Below, one piece after another: positions 25,271 through 32,109 of a stretch of DNA of 36,199 nucleotides (position 1 is its first letter; the number at the start of each line of letters is the position of its first letter). The notes beneath the pieces were generated by a model. It searched no databases and was not told where the DNA came from. It worked only from the letters and a program-made list of their open reading frames with translations. This DNA is from a virus. The stretch covers positions 1-36,199 of the IMG/VR virus record IMGVR_UViG_3300045242_000061. One strand, written 5' to 3'. Position numbers and translations under genes: made by a program.

Positions 25271-27298
25271 ATGTCTACCATTGCACAGATCAATCCGTTT
25301 AATTATTTCAGCGACCTTAATGGGTTCGCGTTGGATGGTGGTTACATCTACATTGGACTGCCAAACAGAGATCCGCGCCAATTTCCGGCAACGATCTATT
25401 TAGACTCAGGATTGACTATTCCCGCTCAACAGCCGTTGCGGACAACCGCAGGTTATGTGACGCGCAACAATTCTCCGGCGTTCCTGTACATCAACGGCAA
25501 CTACAGCGTGATGGTCCGCAATCAGAAAGATGAGCAGGTGTATTACGTCGCTGACTTCTTGCTGACTGGTAATAGCGGCGCCGTTTCGATTTCCGATCTG
25601 TCGAATACCACAAACCCACTGCTGGGCGCCGCCATTGTCGGGCGCATGCCGCTTCAGATTGAAACGGTGGCTGAGCTGCGCTTGACCCCTGGCCGCTTTG
25701 TTAATGACCGCGCTCAGCTGATGAACTACCTGGCCAATGACAAGAAAGGCCGTGGACGATACCTGACCTGGGTCCCTGGTGCGACCACGGATGACGGCGG
25801 CATGAAGTTCTCGGCCACTGGTGGAACCTGGCTTAGCGATCTGAACGCCGATGGTCGAGTCGATACGGAGTTCTATGGGCTTCCCCTGGCGGCCGGTGTG
25901 TCTTGTTTCGCGCAAGACCAAGCCATCGAGGCGTATTGCTTTGCTAACAAGGTGTCAGCTTGGTATGGAGTGGGGCCAGACACTAGTGCGTTCCCGCCGC
26001 GCTACAACTACGGCACTAACAATTGGAACTGGTCGGGGATCCGCACGGCTGGTAACGCACTGAAGGACTACAAGGGTGTGCGAATCTATTCCACTCCAGA
26101 AGTGACGTTTGAAACGATTTCTGTCGTCGGCGCCGATGTCATGCAGTGCTGCGGCATACAAAACTTTGGGGTAATCGGTTACCCGACAGTGACGGCCACG
26201 CTGAACAACGGCGGCGGCGACCCGGGAGTAGGGTTCTCTGGAAGTAACGCGCTGTCGCTGGTGTTCGGCTGCGTCGATTGCGTATTTGAGCTGAACGTCA
26301 ATGGAATGCCTGGCATCTACCGGCTGAGCGGGGCGATTGATGGCGGCCAAGCCTTTTCGATCCAGCCAGGCACCGGAAACACCAATCCTTATAACAACGT
26401 GGTTCTGCGTGGAACCGCTAACAATTGTACGCAAGGTTTTGGGTGCGACTTCAATCTTGACGATATGGTGCTTCACCCATTACAGGGCATCCAAATTGAT
26501 CTGGACATCAAGAACTGTTATCGAGGTATTTCGATAGGCGGCGCTGCGGCAACTGTTGCGCACTCGACCAAAGCATGCACGGATATCTCAGGCTCGGCGC
26601 GAATTCAGGATTGCCAGCAAGCCTATGTAAACTTCAGGTCGATTGGAACAAACCTAAAAGTATCCGTCGTCAACACGAAAGATGTTGCTGCTCTCATCAA
26701 AAACGTGAATAGCCCGGCAGTTGTCACCACCAATATTCTTGGCGCAAAACAGGGTTCTCTGGATATTCGCGGCCGTATTCTTAGTACTGATGTGCATCTG
26801 CAAATTGGTGGCACGAGTATGGGGGGAGGCGATGTCGGCTCGACGGAAAACTTTAATCTTGTTCATGATGTAAGCCTTAACTCGGCCACGACCGCTGTAA
26901 TGTCGGTGGTGAACTTTGGCGGAAACTCAGTGGACAAGTCAGTAATATCGGTCTTTGGAATTCTGACTGGGTTTCAAGCGATTAACACGGATGGCAGCAA
27001 TACCCTCATCGTGAATGGTGCGACTACCATTCCGACAATTTATCCTGGCGACACTAACGTTACGGCGCTACGTGTTCCACTGTACAAGGCGATTTTCAGT
27101 GTGCCACTGACCGCAGTCCGGGCAGTGACGTTCACATCGGCCGCTGTGATTGGCGATGTGGTCCGTGTTGTTAGACTGGCGGCGGCCACCGGCGGCGGGG
27201 TGTCGGTGGGAGGGCTTGTTAACATTCTGCCCGGCACATGGGCCGAGGCCACCTTTAGCGGATCTGTTTGGAATATTACTGGTCAGGGGAGTCTCTAA
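25271..27298 (+). CDS. Tailspike protein (675 aa)
   Basis: N-terminal motif NPFNYFSDLNGFALDGGYIYIGLPNRDP is typical of podovirus tailspike or particle-binding domains. The long G/N/V/T-rich body is consistent with a beta-helix. It is the last structural gene before the lysis genes. Confidence 0.7.
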   Translation: MSTIAQINPFNYFSDLNGFALDGGYIYIGLPNRDPRQFPATIYLDSGLTIPAQQPLRTTAGYVTRNNSPAFLYINGNYSVMVRNQKDEQVYYVADFLLTGNSGAVSISDLSNTTNPLLGAAIVGRMPLQIETVAELRLTPGRFVNDRAQLMNYLANDKKGRGRYLTWVPGATTDDGGMKFSATGGTWLSDLNADGRVDTEFYGLPLAAGVSCFAQDQAIEAYCFANKVSAWYGVGPDTSAFPPRYNYGTNNWNWSGIRTAGNALKDYKGVRIYSTPEVTFETISVVGADVMQCCGIQNFGVIGYPTVTATLNNGGGDPGVGFSGSNALSLVFGCVDCVFELNVNGMPGIYRLSGAIDGGQAFSIQPGTGNTNPYNNVVLRGTANNCTQGFGCDFNLDDMVLHPLQGIQIDLDIKNCYRGISIGGAAATVAHSTKACTDISGSARIQDCQQAYVNFRSIGTNLKVSVVNTKDVAALIKNVNSPAVVTTNILGAKQGSLDIRGRILSTDVHLQIGGTSMGGGDVGSTENFNLVHDVSLNSATTAVMSVVNFGGNSVDKSVISVFGILTGFQAINTDGSNTLIVNGATTIPTIYPGDTNVTALRVPLYKAIFSVPLTAVRAVTFTSAAVIGDVVRVVRLAAATGGGVSVGGLVNILPGTWAEATFSGSVWNITGQGSL

Positions 27299-27299
27299 C

Positions 27300-27515
27300 A
27301 TGCAACTAATCCCACAATGGCGCAACTGGTGGCGCCGGTATAGCACCTGGCTCTTAGCTGCAGGTGGCACGCTGACAACCCTGCAAAGCGCGATGCCGTC
27401 GATCCAACAATACCTGCCGGACGGACAGTACAAGGCGATCATGGTCGGGCTGTTCGCGCTGACCTTTATCGCGGTGCACATTCCACAGCCTTCGGTTTCG
27501 GGAGATCCTAAATGA
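27300..27515 (+). CDS. Putative holin (71 aa)
   Basis: Starts 2 nt after the tailspike stop. Trp/Arg-rich N-terminus and two hydrophobic segments (TWLLAAGGTLTTL, AIMVGLFALTFIAV). ATGA overlap with the endolysin gene. Confidence 0.55.
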   Translation: MQLIPQWRNWWRRYSTWLLAAGGTLTTLQSAMPSIQQYLPDGQYKAIMVGLFALTFIAVHIPQPSVSGDPK

Positions 27516-27934
27516 TCCAGACTCGCGGCGTACGCAATAACAATCCGGGCAATATCGACTATAACAAGGTGAATGCCTGGCAAGGCCAGCTGGGTCTAGA
27601 AGTTGGAGTGCCGTCCCCGCGCTTCGCCCGTTTTGATACGCCAGAGAATGGCATCCGGGCGCTTGGTAAGCTACTCCAGACCTACCAGTCCAAGTATGGC
27701 CTTAACACGGTAAAGGCCATTATCAGCCGCTGGGCGCCGAGCAATGAGAACGATACGGGGGCCTATGTCCGCGCCGTCGAGCAGGATACCGGCACCGCGC
27801 CGGGGGCAGTTGTCAGCCTGAAGAATTCATCAGTGCTGTTCGGCTTCGTCAAGGCGATTATCCACCATGAGAACGGATGCGACCCATACCCCGACTCGGT
27901 TATTCAGGAAGGCGTTCGGAGGGCTTTGGCATGA
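27512..27934 (+). CDS. Putative endolysin (peptidoglycan hydrolase, RNNNPGNI-motif family)
   Basis: 140 aa. The motif RGVRNNNPGNI is one I recall from phage peptidoglycan hydrolases. The flanking holin and spanin genes are the main support. Confidence 0.65.
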   Translation: MIQTRGVRNNNPGNIDYNKVNAWQGQLGLEVGVPSPRFARFDTPENGIRALGKLLQTYQSKYGLNTVKAIISRWAPSNENDTGAYVRAVEQDTGTAPGAVVSLKNSSVLFGFVKAIIHHENGCDPYPDSVIQEGVRRALA

Positions 27935-28185
27935 GTCTCACAGCTATCATCATGATGATTATCGGCTTGGGGGGAGCCATCCTCGGCGCCCTGATCGGTC
28001 ACCCCTTCAGTAAGGCTGCTGGCAAGTCCCAGGGCGCGGCTGAAGCCACGCAAACCCAAGTCGTCGAACAAGCCAAAGCGGTGGTTGCGGCCACCCAGGA
28101 GAGAGTCAATGTTGACCAGAAAGTTGCTGCTACTCCCCGCGCTGACATTGATAGCCAGTTGTCAGAGTTCTCCCGCCCCGATTGA
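27931..28185 (+). CDS. i-spanin (Rz-like; 84 aa)
   Basis: N-terminal TM (LTAIIMMIIGLGGAILGALIG), then a helical periplasmic domain. The lipoprotein ORF starts inside its 3' part in another frame. Confidence 0.65.
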   Translation: MSLTAIIMMIIGLGGAILGALIGHPFSKAAGKSQGAAEATQTQVVEQAKAVVAATQERVNVDQKVAATPRADIDSQLSEFSRPD

Positions 28186-28309
28186 CACGGCCTGCGCCTG
28201 GGTCAAGCCGATCTATACCAACAAGGCCGATCGGGCAGCGATGGCCGATGGACTAGCTCAGCAACTCGCCGCTCACAACCAGCTGTACAAGAGTCACTGT
28301 ATGAAATGA
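28109..28309 (+). CDS. o-spanin (Rz1-like lipoprotein; 66 aa)
   Basis: Signal peptide MLTRKLLLLPALTLIASC with lipobox L-I-A-S-C. Overlaps the 3' end of the i-spanin gene out of frame. Confidence 0.75.
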   Translation: MLTRKLLLLPALTLIASCQSSPAPIDTACAWVKPIYTNKADRAAMADGLAQQLAAHNQLYKSHCMK

Positions 28310-28310
28310 G

Positions 28311-28337
28311 AAAGGCCGGCATTGCGCCGGCCTTTTT
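28311..28337. terminator. Bidirectional rho-independent terminator between convergent operons
   Basis: AAA-GGCCGGC (28314-28320), loop ATTGC, GCCGGCC (28326-28332), then TTTTT. The A/T runs on both sides allow it to work on either strand. Confidence 0.7.
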
Positions 28338-28693
28338 CATTTCTTCATGAGAGGAATACATCGATCCATAAAATCGCTCAGCATGTGACAAAATACTTCG
28401 CTTGTTCTTTTGTCAGTAGGAACGCCGGCGTACTCCAGAATGTTGAAAATAGCGTGACCTGCTTCATGTGCGAGTGTCGATAAACTCTTATCAAACACAC
28501 CGATTATCTGCACGCGCCCGTTTTCGCAATTGGAAGAGAGCCCGGCGGCATCCTCCGCGTCTATCTTATCCGCATGATACTTCGCTCTCAAATCCAAGAA
28601 CGCAGCCCTCGATGTCACGAAGTATAAGGTAGCTCCGAAAGGGTTCGCGTCCATGCGGGTTATATGTTTGGCGGATTTGTTCTTGTTGGCCAT
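28337..28693 (-). CDS. Small HExxH zincin-like protein (118 aa)
   Basis: AGGAGG lies 6 nt upstream of ATG 28693. Contains LAHEAGHAIF (HExxH) and a downstream Glu (TSEVFCH). Last gene of the Arc-like cassette. Confidence 0.65.
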   Translation of the reverse strand: MANKNKSAKHITRMDANPFGATLYFVTSRAAFLDLRAKYHADKIDAEDAAGLSSNCENGRVQIIGVFDKSLSTLAHEAGHAIFNILEYAGVPTDKRTSEVFCHMLSDFMDRCIPLMKK

Positions 28694-28886
28694 CTTTTTC
28701 CTCCTTCTTGTCGAACATCAATGATCGGTCGTGTTCTTCGTTGCGGATCTGATCCGCATGGCGTTGCTGCCGGATTTTGCTGCACCGTTGGTGATTGCCC
28801 CGACTCCGATTGGTATGGCACACATCGCACTGCAGGGGAAGTTCCGGGCAGTTGGATTTGAGTTTGCCGGGAAGCGGTTTCGTCAT
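28566..28886 (-). CDS. Hypothetical Cys/His-rich basic protein (106 aa)
   Basis: GGGAGAAGG lies directly upstream of ATG 28886. The N-terminus CPELPLQCDVCHTNRSRGNHQRC could bind zinc. The last 128 nt overlap the HExxH gene out of frame. Confidence 0.45.
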   Translation of the reverse strand: MTKPLPGKLKSNCPELPLQCDVCHTNRSRGNHQRCSKIRQQRHADQIRNEEHDRSLMFDKKEEKDGQQEQIRQTYNPHGREPFRSYLILRDIEGCVLGFESEVSCG

Positions 28887-28951
28887 GCCTTCTCCCTCAA
28901 TGCTTGAATGTCCGTCGATTTTTCCAGCAGCCGAATTATCGACTGAATCCC

Positions 28952-29092
28952 CTAACGCTGTGCCGGAGGCTTGTTGTCGAGTGCGCGGCGCATATTGTCG
29001 ATGACCGGGACCAGGCTGATATTCTCGTTCACCGACTCCAGCATTTCCCGCGCAAAGGCCACGCCCTGGCGGAAGCCGTAGAAGTCATTCAT
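28952..29092 (-). CDS. Hypothetical micro-protein (46 aa)
   Basis: ATGA overlap with the stop of the repeat-protein gene (29089-29092). It is the shorter form of the 62-aa ORF-track ORF. Confidence 0.4.
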   Translation of the reverse strand: MNDFYGFRQGVAFAREMLESVNENISLVPVIDNMRRALDNKPPAQR

Positions 29093-29751
29093 TCCGGAAT
29101 CTCTTCGGCGGGTTGTATTTGAGCTGTAGAGCCGGTCCATTCGCCGTCTTCAATCATCTGGCGCAGGCGTTTTTCCTGAGCAGCCCGCGCAGCAGCCCAC
29201 GCAGCATCCCCCGCAGCATCCCGCGCAGCAGCCCCCACAGCAGCCCGCGCAGCAGCCCACGCAGCAGCCCGCGCAGCATCCCCCGCAGCAGCCCGCGCAG
29301 CAGCTCCCGCAGCATCCCACGCAGCAGCCCACGCAGCATCCCACGCAGCATCCCCCGCAGCATCCCGCGCAGCAGCCCCCACAGCAGCCCACGCAGCAGC
29401 CCGCGCAGCATCCCACGCAGCAGCCCGCGCAGCATCCCGCGCAGCATCATCGCAAAGTCCATTGGCGAATTGTTCGGCGACATCCAGAGCATTCAGGCTG
29501 CGCAGATCGGTCATCAGGTGCCGAGCTTGGCTAGCAGCCCATACAGCGAATAGGCGAAAGTCACGGTCATGGACTTTGAATGCGCGAGCACACCACAAGG
29601 CATCATCCAGGCCATTGCTGTCGAGGATAGTCATCAGCGAAATAGGCTCATCGTCGGCCTTGGTCTTGCCGAGGGTATTGAGCAGCTTCTTCCAACCTTC
29701 AGTGCATGGATCGTTTTTACGGATCTGGTTTAACGTGGTCATGAATTTCAT
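29089..29751 (-). CDS. Ala/Asp/Trp/Arg tetrapeptide-repeat protein with globular N-domain (220 aa; Imm5-like?)
   Basis: The N-terminal ~95 aa contain DPCTEGWKKLL...LDSNGLDDALWCARAF. Next come 22 consecutive x-A-A-z units (DAAR, AAAW, DAAG, AAVG...), then an acidic tail. The resemblance to Imm5-type helical repeat proteins is from memory only. Confidence 0.75.
   Translation of the reverse strand: MKFMTTLNQIRKNDPCTEGWKKLLNTLGKTKADDEPISLMTILDSNGLDDALWCARAFKVHDRDFRLFAVWAASQARHLMTDLRSLNALDVAEQFANGLCDDAARDAARAAAWDAARAAAWAAVGAAARDAAGDAAWDAAWAAAWDAAGAAARAAAGDAARAAAWAAARAAVGAAARDAAGDAAWAAARAAQEKRLRQMIEDGEWTGSTAQIQPAEEIPE
29185..29448. repeat. 12-nt periodic tandem repeat array (about 22 units) inside the CDS
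   Basis: Plus-strand units such as gcagcccgcgca / gcagcccacgca / gcatcccccgca repeat head to tail. All three frames on both strands stay open here. Confidence 0.85.
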
Positions 29752-29779
29752 TGGTCTAATGCTCCAGTTATTGAATGGG

Positions 29780-29983
29780 TTACTTGCACAGAGTGATGGC
29801 TACCAAATCCAGCATTTTGTCGATGCGCTTGCCGCGTTCCAGCTTCTCGTCGATAGCAATCTGAATGTAGGTGTTCATCGACATATGCTCTGCGGCCGCT
29901 GCCTCCTGCACCTTGGAGCGTGTGTCTTCTTGATCGAAGCGCACGACGAATTTGTCTCGGTCTACGGATTGAATCTTGGTCAT
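29780..29983 (-). CDS. Arc/MetJ-type ribbon-helix-helix DNA-binding protein (67 aa)
   Basis: Beta-strand DKFVVRFDQ, then two helices (EDTRSKVQEAAAAEHMSMNTYIQIAIDEKLERG), as in the Arc family. ATG 29983 is chosen because ATG 30019 lies inside the predicted -10. Confidence 0.65.
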   Translation of the reverse strand: MTKIQSVDRDKFVVRFDQEDTRSKVQEAAAAEHMSMNTYIQIAIDEKLERGKRIDKMLDLVAITLCK

Positions 29984-30014
29984 ATGCGATGCCTTATTGG
30001 GAGCTGTTTCGCCA

Positions 30015-30054
30015 ATCATAACGCCATCGCATATTATGTCAATGGCGAATTATG
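30015..30054 (-). promoter_or_regulatory. Sigma70-type promoter with overlapping dyad (candidate Arc-like operator)
   Basis: On the minus strand: -35 TTGACA (30042-30037), 16-nt spacer, -10 TATGAT (30020-30015). The dyad TCATAAttCGCCAT (30054-30041) ... ATGGCGTTATGA (30027-30016) brackets both hexamers. Confidence 0.6.
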
Positions 30055-30085
30055 ATTAAAGAAAAGCCCGGCACATGGCCGGGCT
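30055..30085 (-). terminator. Rho-independent terminator ending the long leftward early operon
   Basis: On the minus strand: AGCCCGGC-CATGT-GCCGGGCT (30085-30065) followed by TTTCTTTAAT. There is no T-tract on the plus strand, so it is unidirectional. Confidence 0.7.
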
Positions 30086-30101
30086 CTTGGAGTGCTTGGG
30101 C

Positions 30102-31055
30102 TTATGGCAGCGTCAGCACATCGCGCAGGCCTTCCGGGCTCGATGGCGAGACAATGCCGTCGTCTTCCATGCGCATCAGTGCCTGCTCGATCAGGTTGTC
30201 GTCGTCACCGTAGATTGGGCGCAGCACCGAATCATCGGCTGAGGTAGCCTTGATTACAGCCTTGACCGCCGTGGCGTAGAACACTTCAAGGGTGGCATCG
30301 TCATAGACCGGAAGGGCTTTTGCGTCGGCGTCCTTATTGCGCACAAGTTCGTATTGGCCGCTTTCTTCGGTGCCGGCCCAAGCCACCAGACCTTCGCCTG
30401 CCAAAACCTTGAGGATCGCGTCGGCTTTTTCGTAGCCGATTTTCAGTTGAGATTGGAGCCCGGCTATTGAAGCGTTTTTGAACTCGGCAACGAATGAGCG
30501 GCCCCTGTCGATGATTGCTTGGTCGAGGATAATATCCTTTTGTTCGGCCTTGGCGGTCTTTTTGGCGGTGGCTTTAGCAAGTTTCTTCGGCTCAGATCCA
30601 GCATCTAGTGGAAGTGATTTCTGGTCTTTTTCGCCGCGAATCGCATCAAGCCCTTGTAGGTAGTCGCGCTCATACAGGAGGACAAGTACGTCGCTTTGAT
30701 CTTGGGTCTTGTCCGCTAATTCGTGCAGGTATTCTTCGTCGCCCTCAGCCTCGCCGACGATCTGCCACTTCTTGCCGATGGCGACCTTCTTCAGCTTCAT
30801 TCGCACGGTCTTGGTGGCTTGAGAGCTGATCATCAGGATAGCGGTATCGATAGCCGCTTCCAGGTCTTTGGTCATTTCCTGAATGGCCGAGTCTTGCTGC
30901 TGCTCGCTCATGTTCTTGAATGCGACGGCATGGCCGCTGATGGTGGTGACCATCGCCTTCAGGAGGTCGTGTCCCATCAGCTCGCGAGCCTTCTCCATTG
31001 GGAGTTTGCCTTCGCGGGTGGCTGCGTCGATGATTGCTTTATGTTCATATTTCAT
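30102..31055 (-). CDS. Early protein with two C-terminal FtsK-gamma-like winged-helix domains (317 aa)
   Basis: Residues ~177-238 (DQAIIDRGRSFVAEFKNASIAGLQSQLKIGYEKADAILKVLAGEGLV...G.YELV) and ~255-317 (...NLIEQALMRMEDDGIVSPSSPEGLRDVL) both match my recollection of FtsK gamma ([31 protein letters not shown]...GNREVL). Confidence 0.7.
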   Translation of the reverse strand: MKYEHKAIIDAATREGKLPMEKARELMGHDLLKAMVTTISGHAVAFKNMSEQQQDSAIQEMTKDLEAAIDTAILMISSQATKTVRMKLKKVAIGKKWQIVGEAEGDEEYLHELADKTQDQSDVLVLLYERDYLQGLDAIRGEKDQKSLPLDAGSEPKKLAKATAKKTAKAEQKDIILDQAIIDRGRSFVAEFKNASIAGLQSQLKIGYEKADAILKVLAGEGLVAWAGTEESGQYELVRNKDADAKALPVYDDATLEVFYATAVKAVIKATSADDSVLRPIYGDDDNLIEQALMRMEDDGIVSPSSPEGLRDVLTLP

Positions 31056-31396
31056 GCGTTTTCTTCCATTTGGTCATTGGATTGGAATTGCCAGGTGTAG
31101 CCTTTGTGCGTTTTGTTCTCGCCAGAACAGCAGCGGCTTATGCACCCGCTGTCGAAACCCTCTCGAACTGCTTCAAGCGCGCACTCAAAAAGTCTCGTGG
31201 CGCCAGTGGTGATGCATGTACTCAAAACTGGTTTGCTTGTTGGATGGTCGGCGCCGAACTTGCCAGTGCAGGCGTTTTCCTCGCCAAGTGACTGATAAGA
31301 ATGGAGCTTGTTCTCAGATGCTGTTACCCATTCAAGATTTGCTGATACATTGTTTCTCTTGTCACCATCCTTGTGATTTACCGTGTTGCTAGAGTT
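31052..31396 (-). pseudogene. 5'-truncated HNH (HNH_3-type) homing endonuclease remnant without a usable start codon
   Basis: My own translation of a 114-codon open frame that is absent from the ORF track. It reads NSSNTVNHKDGDKRNNVSANLEWVTASENKLHS...TRLFECALEAVREGFDSGCISRCCSGENKTHKGYTWQF. There is no in-frame ATG or GTG before the HNH motif. Its stop (31052-31054) overlaps ATG 31055 of the next gene. Confidence 0.6.
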
Positions 31397-31688
31397 TTAC
31401 AAGCCCTTCCCGGACCAGGGTGTCAATCGTGCGGAAGCAGCCTTCCGCGTGGTACAAGCGTATTTCTTGTTGCGTATCCCATGTTGCAGATCGACCATCA
31501 ATCGCATCATGGCAAGCAGAGCAGGCCCAGGCGCCCTGTAGATCGTTTGGCTTCATTCCGGTGCCGCAGGTGCCAGCCAGTCGGTAATGCGCCAGCACGA
31601 CGGTTTCAGGGTTCCCGTTGCAGATGCCAGGGATGCGAACCATGCAATCCCGGCCGCGTGCTGCTTTGGTTATTCGGTTCTGGCTCAT
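31389..31688 (-). CDS. DUF1364 / YbcO-like protein
   Basis: 99 aa. KAARGRDCMVRIPGICNGNPETVVLAHYRLAGTCGTGMKPNDL...CSACHDAIDGR is collinear over its full length with E. coli prophage YbcO as I recall it. Confidence 0.85.
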   Translation of the reverse strand: MSQNRITKAARGRDCMVRIPGICNGNPETVVLAHYRLAGTCGTGMKPNDLQGAWACSACHDAIDGRSATWDTQQEIRLYHAEGCFRTIDTLVREGLVKL

Positions 31689-32101
31689 CAGTAACGCCTT
31701 TCCCAATGATCGGCTTGGGTCCACTTCACGTCATGCTCGGCACCGAACGCTTGAACCCATTCGATTAATTCAGCGCATTTGCGCATGCTGAGCTTGCTGG
31801 TGGGCTCGTAAAGCACGTCGATGCCGTTACCATCGATGGCTGGGATCATCTGGATGGTACTGCCGCGCTCGCGCAGCCATGCGGCCATGCACAAGCGCTT
31901 CCAGATGGTGACGTCCCATTTCATTCCGGCGTGTTCGACCTGGCGTGCGATGTCGGCCAAGCAGGCGTGCAACTTCTTGTTCTGCTCGGCGCTCCGGTCC
32001 TCGCCAACAATCGTCACCTTCTTCGGCTTGGTCAGGTCCAAGCCGGTCAGGTAGCCGATCAGGCGAGCGCGGTCAGATTCGGTGACCAGCTTGAAGTCCA
32101 T
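31688..32101 (-). CDS. ninB: NinB-family recombination protein
   Basis: 137 aa. TKPKKVTIVGEDRSAEQNKKLHACLADIARQVEHAGMKW...IWK...GNG...SKLSMRKCAELIEWVQAFGAEHDVKW parallels lambda NinB. Confidence 0.85.
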   Translation of the reverse strand: MDFKLVTESDRARLIGYLTGLDLTKPKKVTIVGEDRSAEQNKKLHACLADIARQVEHAGMKWDVTIWKRLCMAAWLRERGSTIQMIPAIDGNGIDVLYEPTSKLSMRKCAELIEWVQAFGAEHDVKWTQADHWERRY

Positions 32102-32109
32102 GGCTCACC

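Noticed and set aside
29185-29448. Possible CRISPR array (also considered for 35930-36130)
   Set aside because: The units are 12 nt and 6 nt, directly abutting with no spacers. They lie inside coding frames, and no cas genes are present.
29113-29553. Alternative-frame ORFs over the 12-nt repeat (plus-strand SPRSSPRS 146 aa; minus-strand CCAGCCGG 88 aa; minus-strand LRGMLRGL 112 aa)
   Set aside because: These are artefacts of the tandem repeat keeping all frames open. Only the 220-aa frame joins a non-repetitive N-domain and C-tail and fits the operon phasing (ATGA coupling at 29089-29092).
30028-30044. dif/XerD-arm-like sequence (TTATGTCAATG versus TTATGTTAAAT)
   Set aside because: Only the XerD-like half matches (8 of 11). 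The XerC arm and the spacer do not. The sequence is better explained as the -35 and spacer of the cassette promoter.
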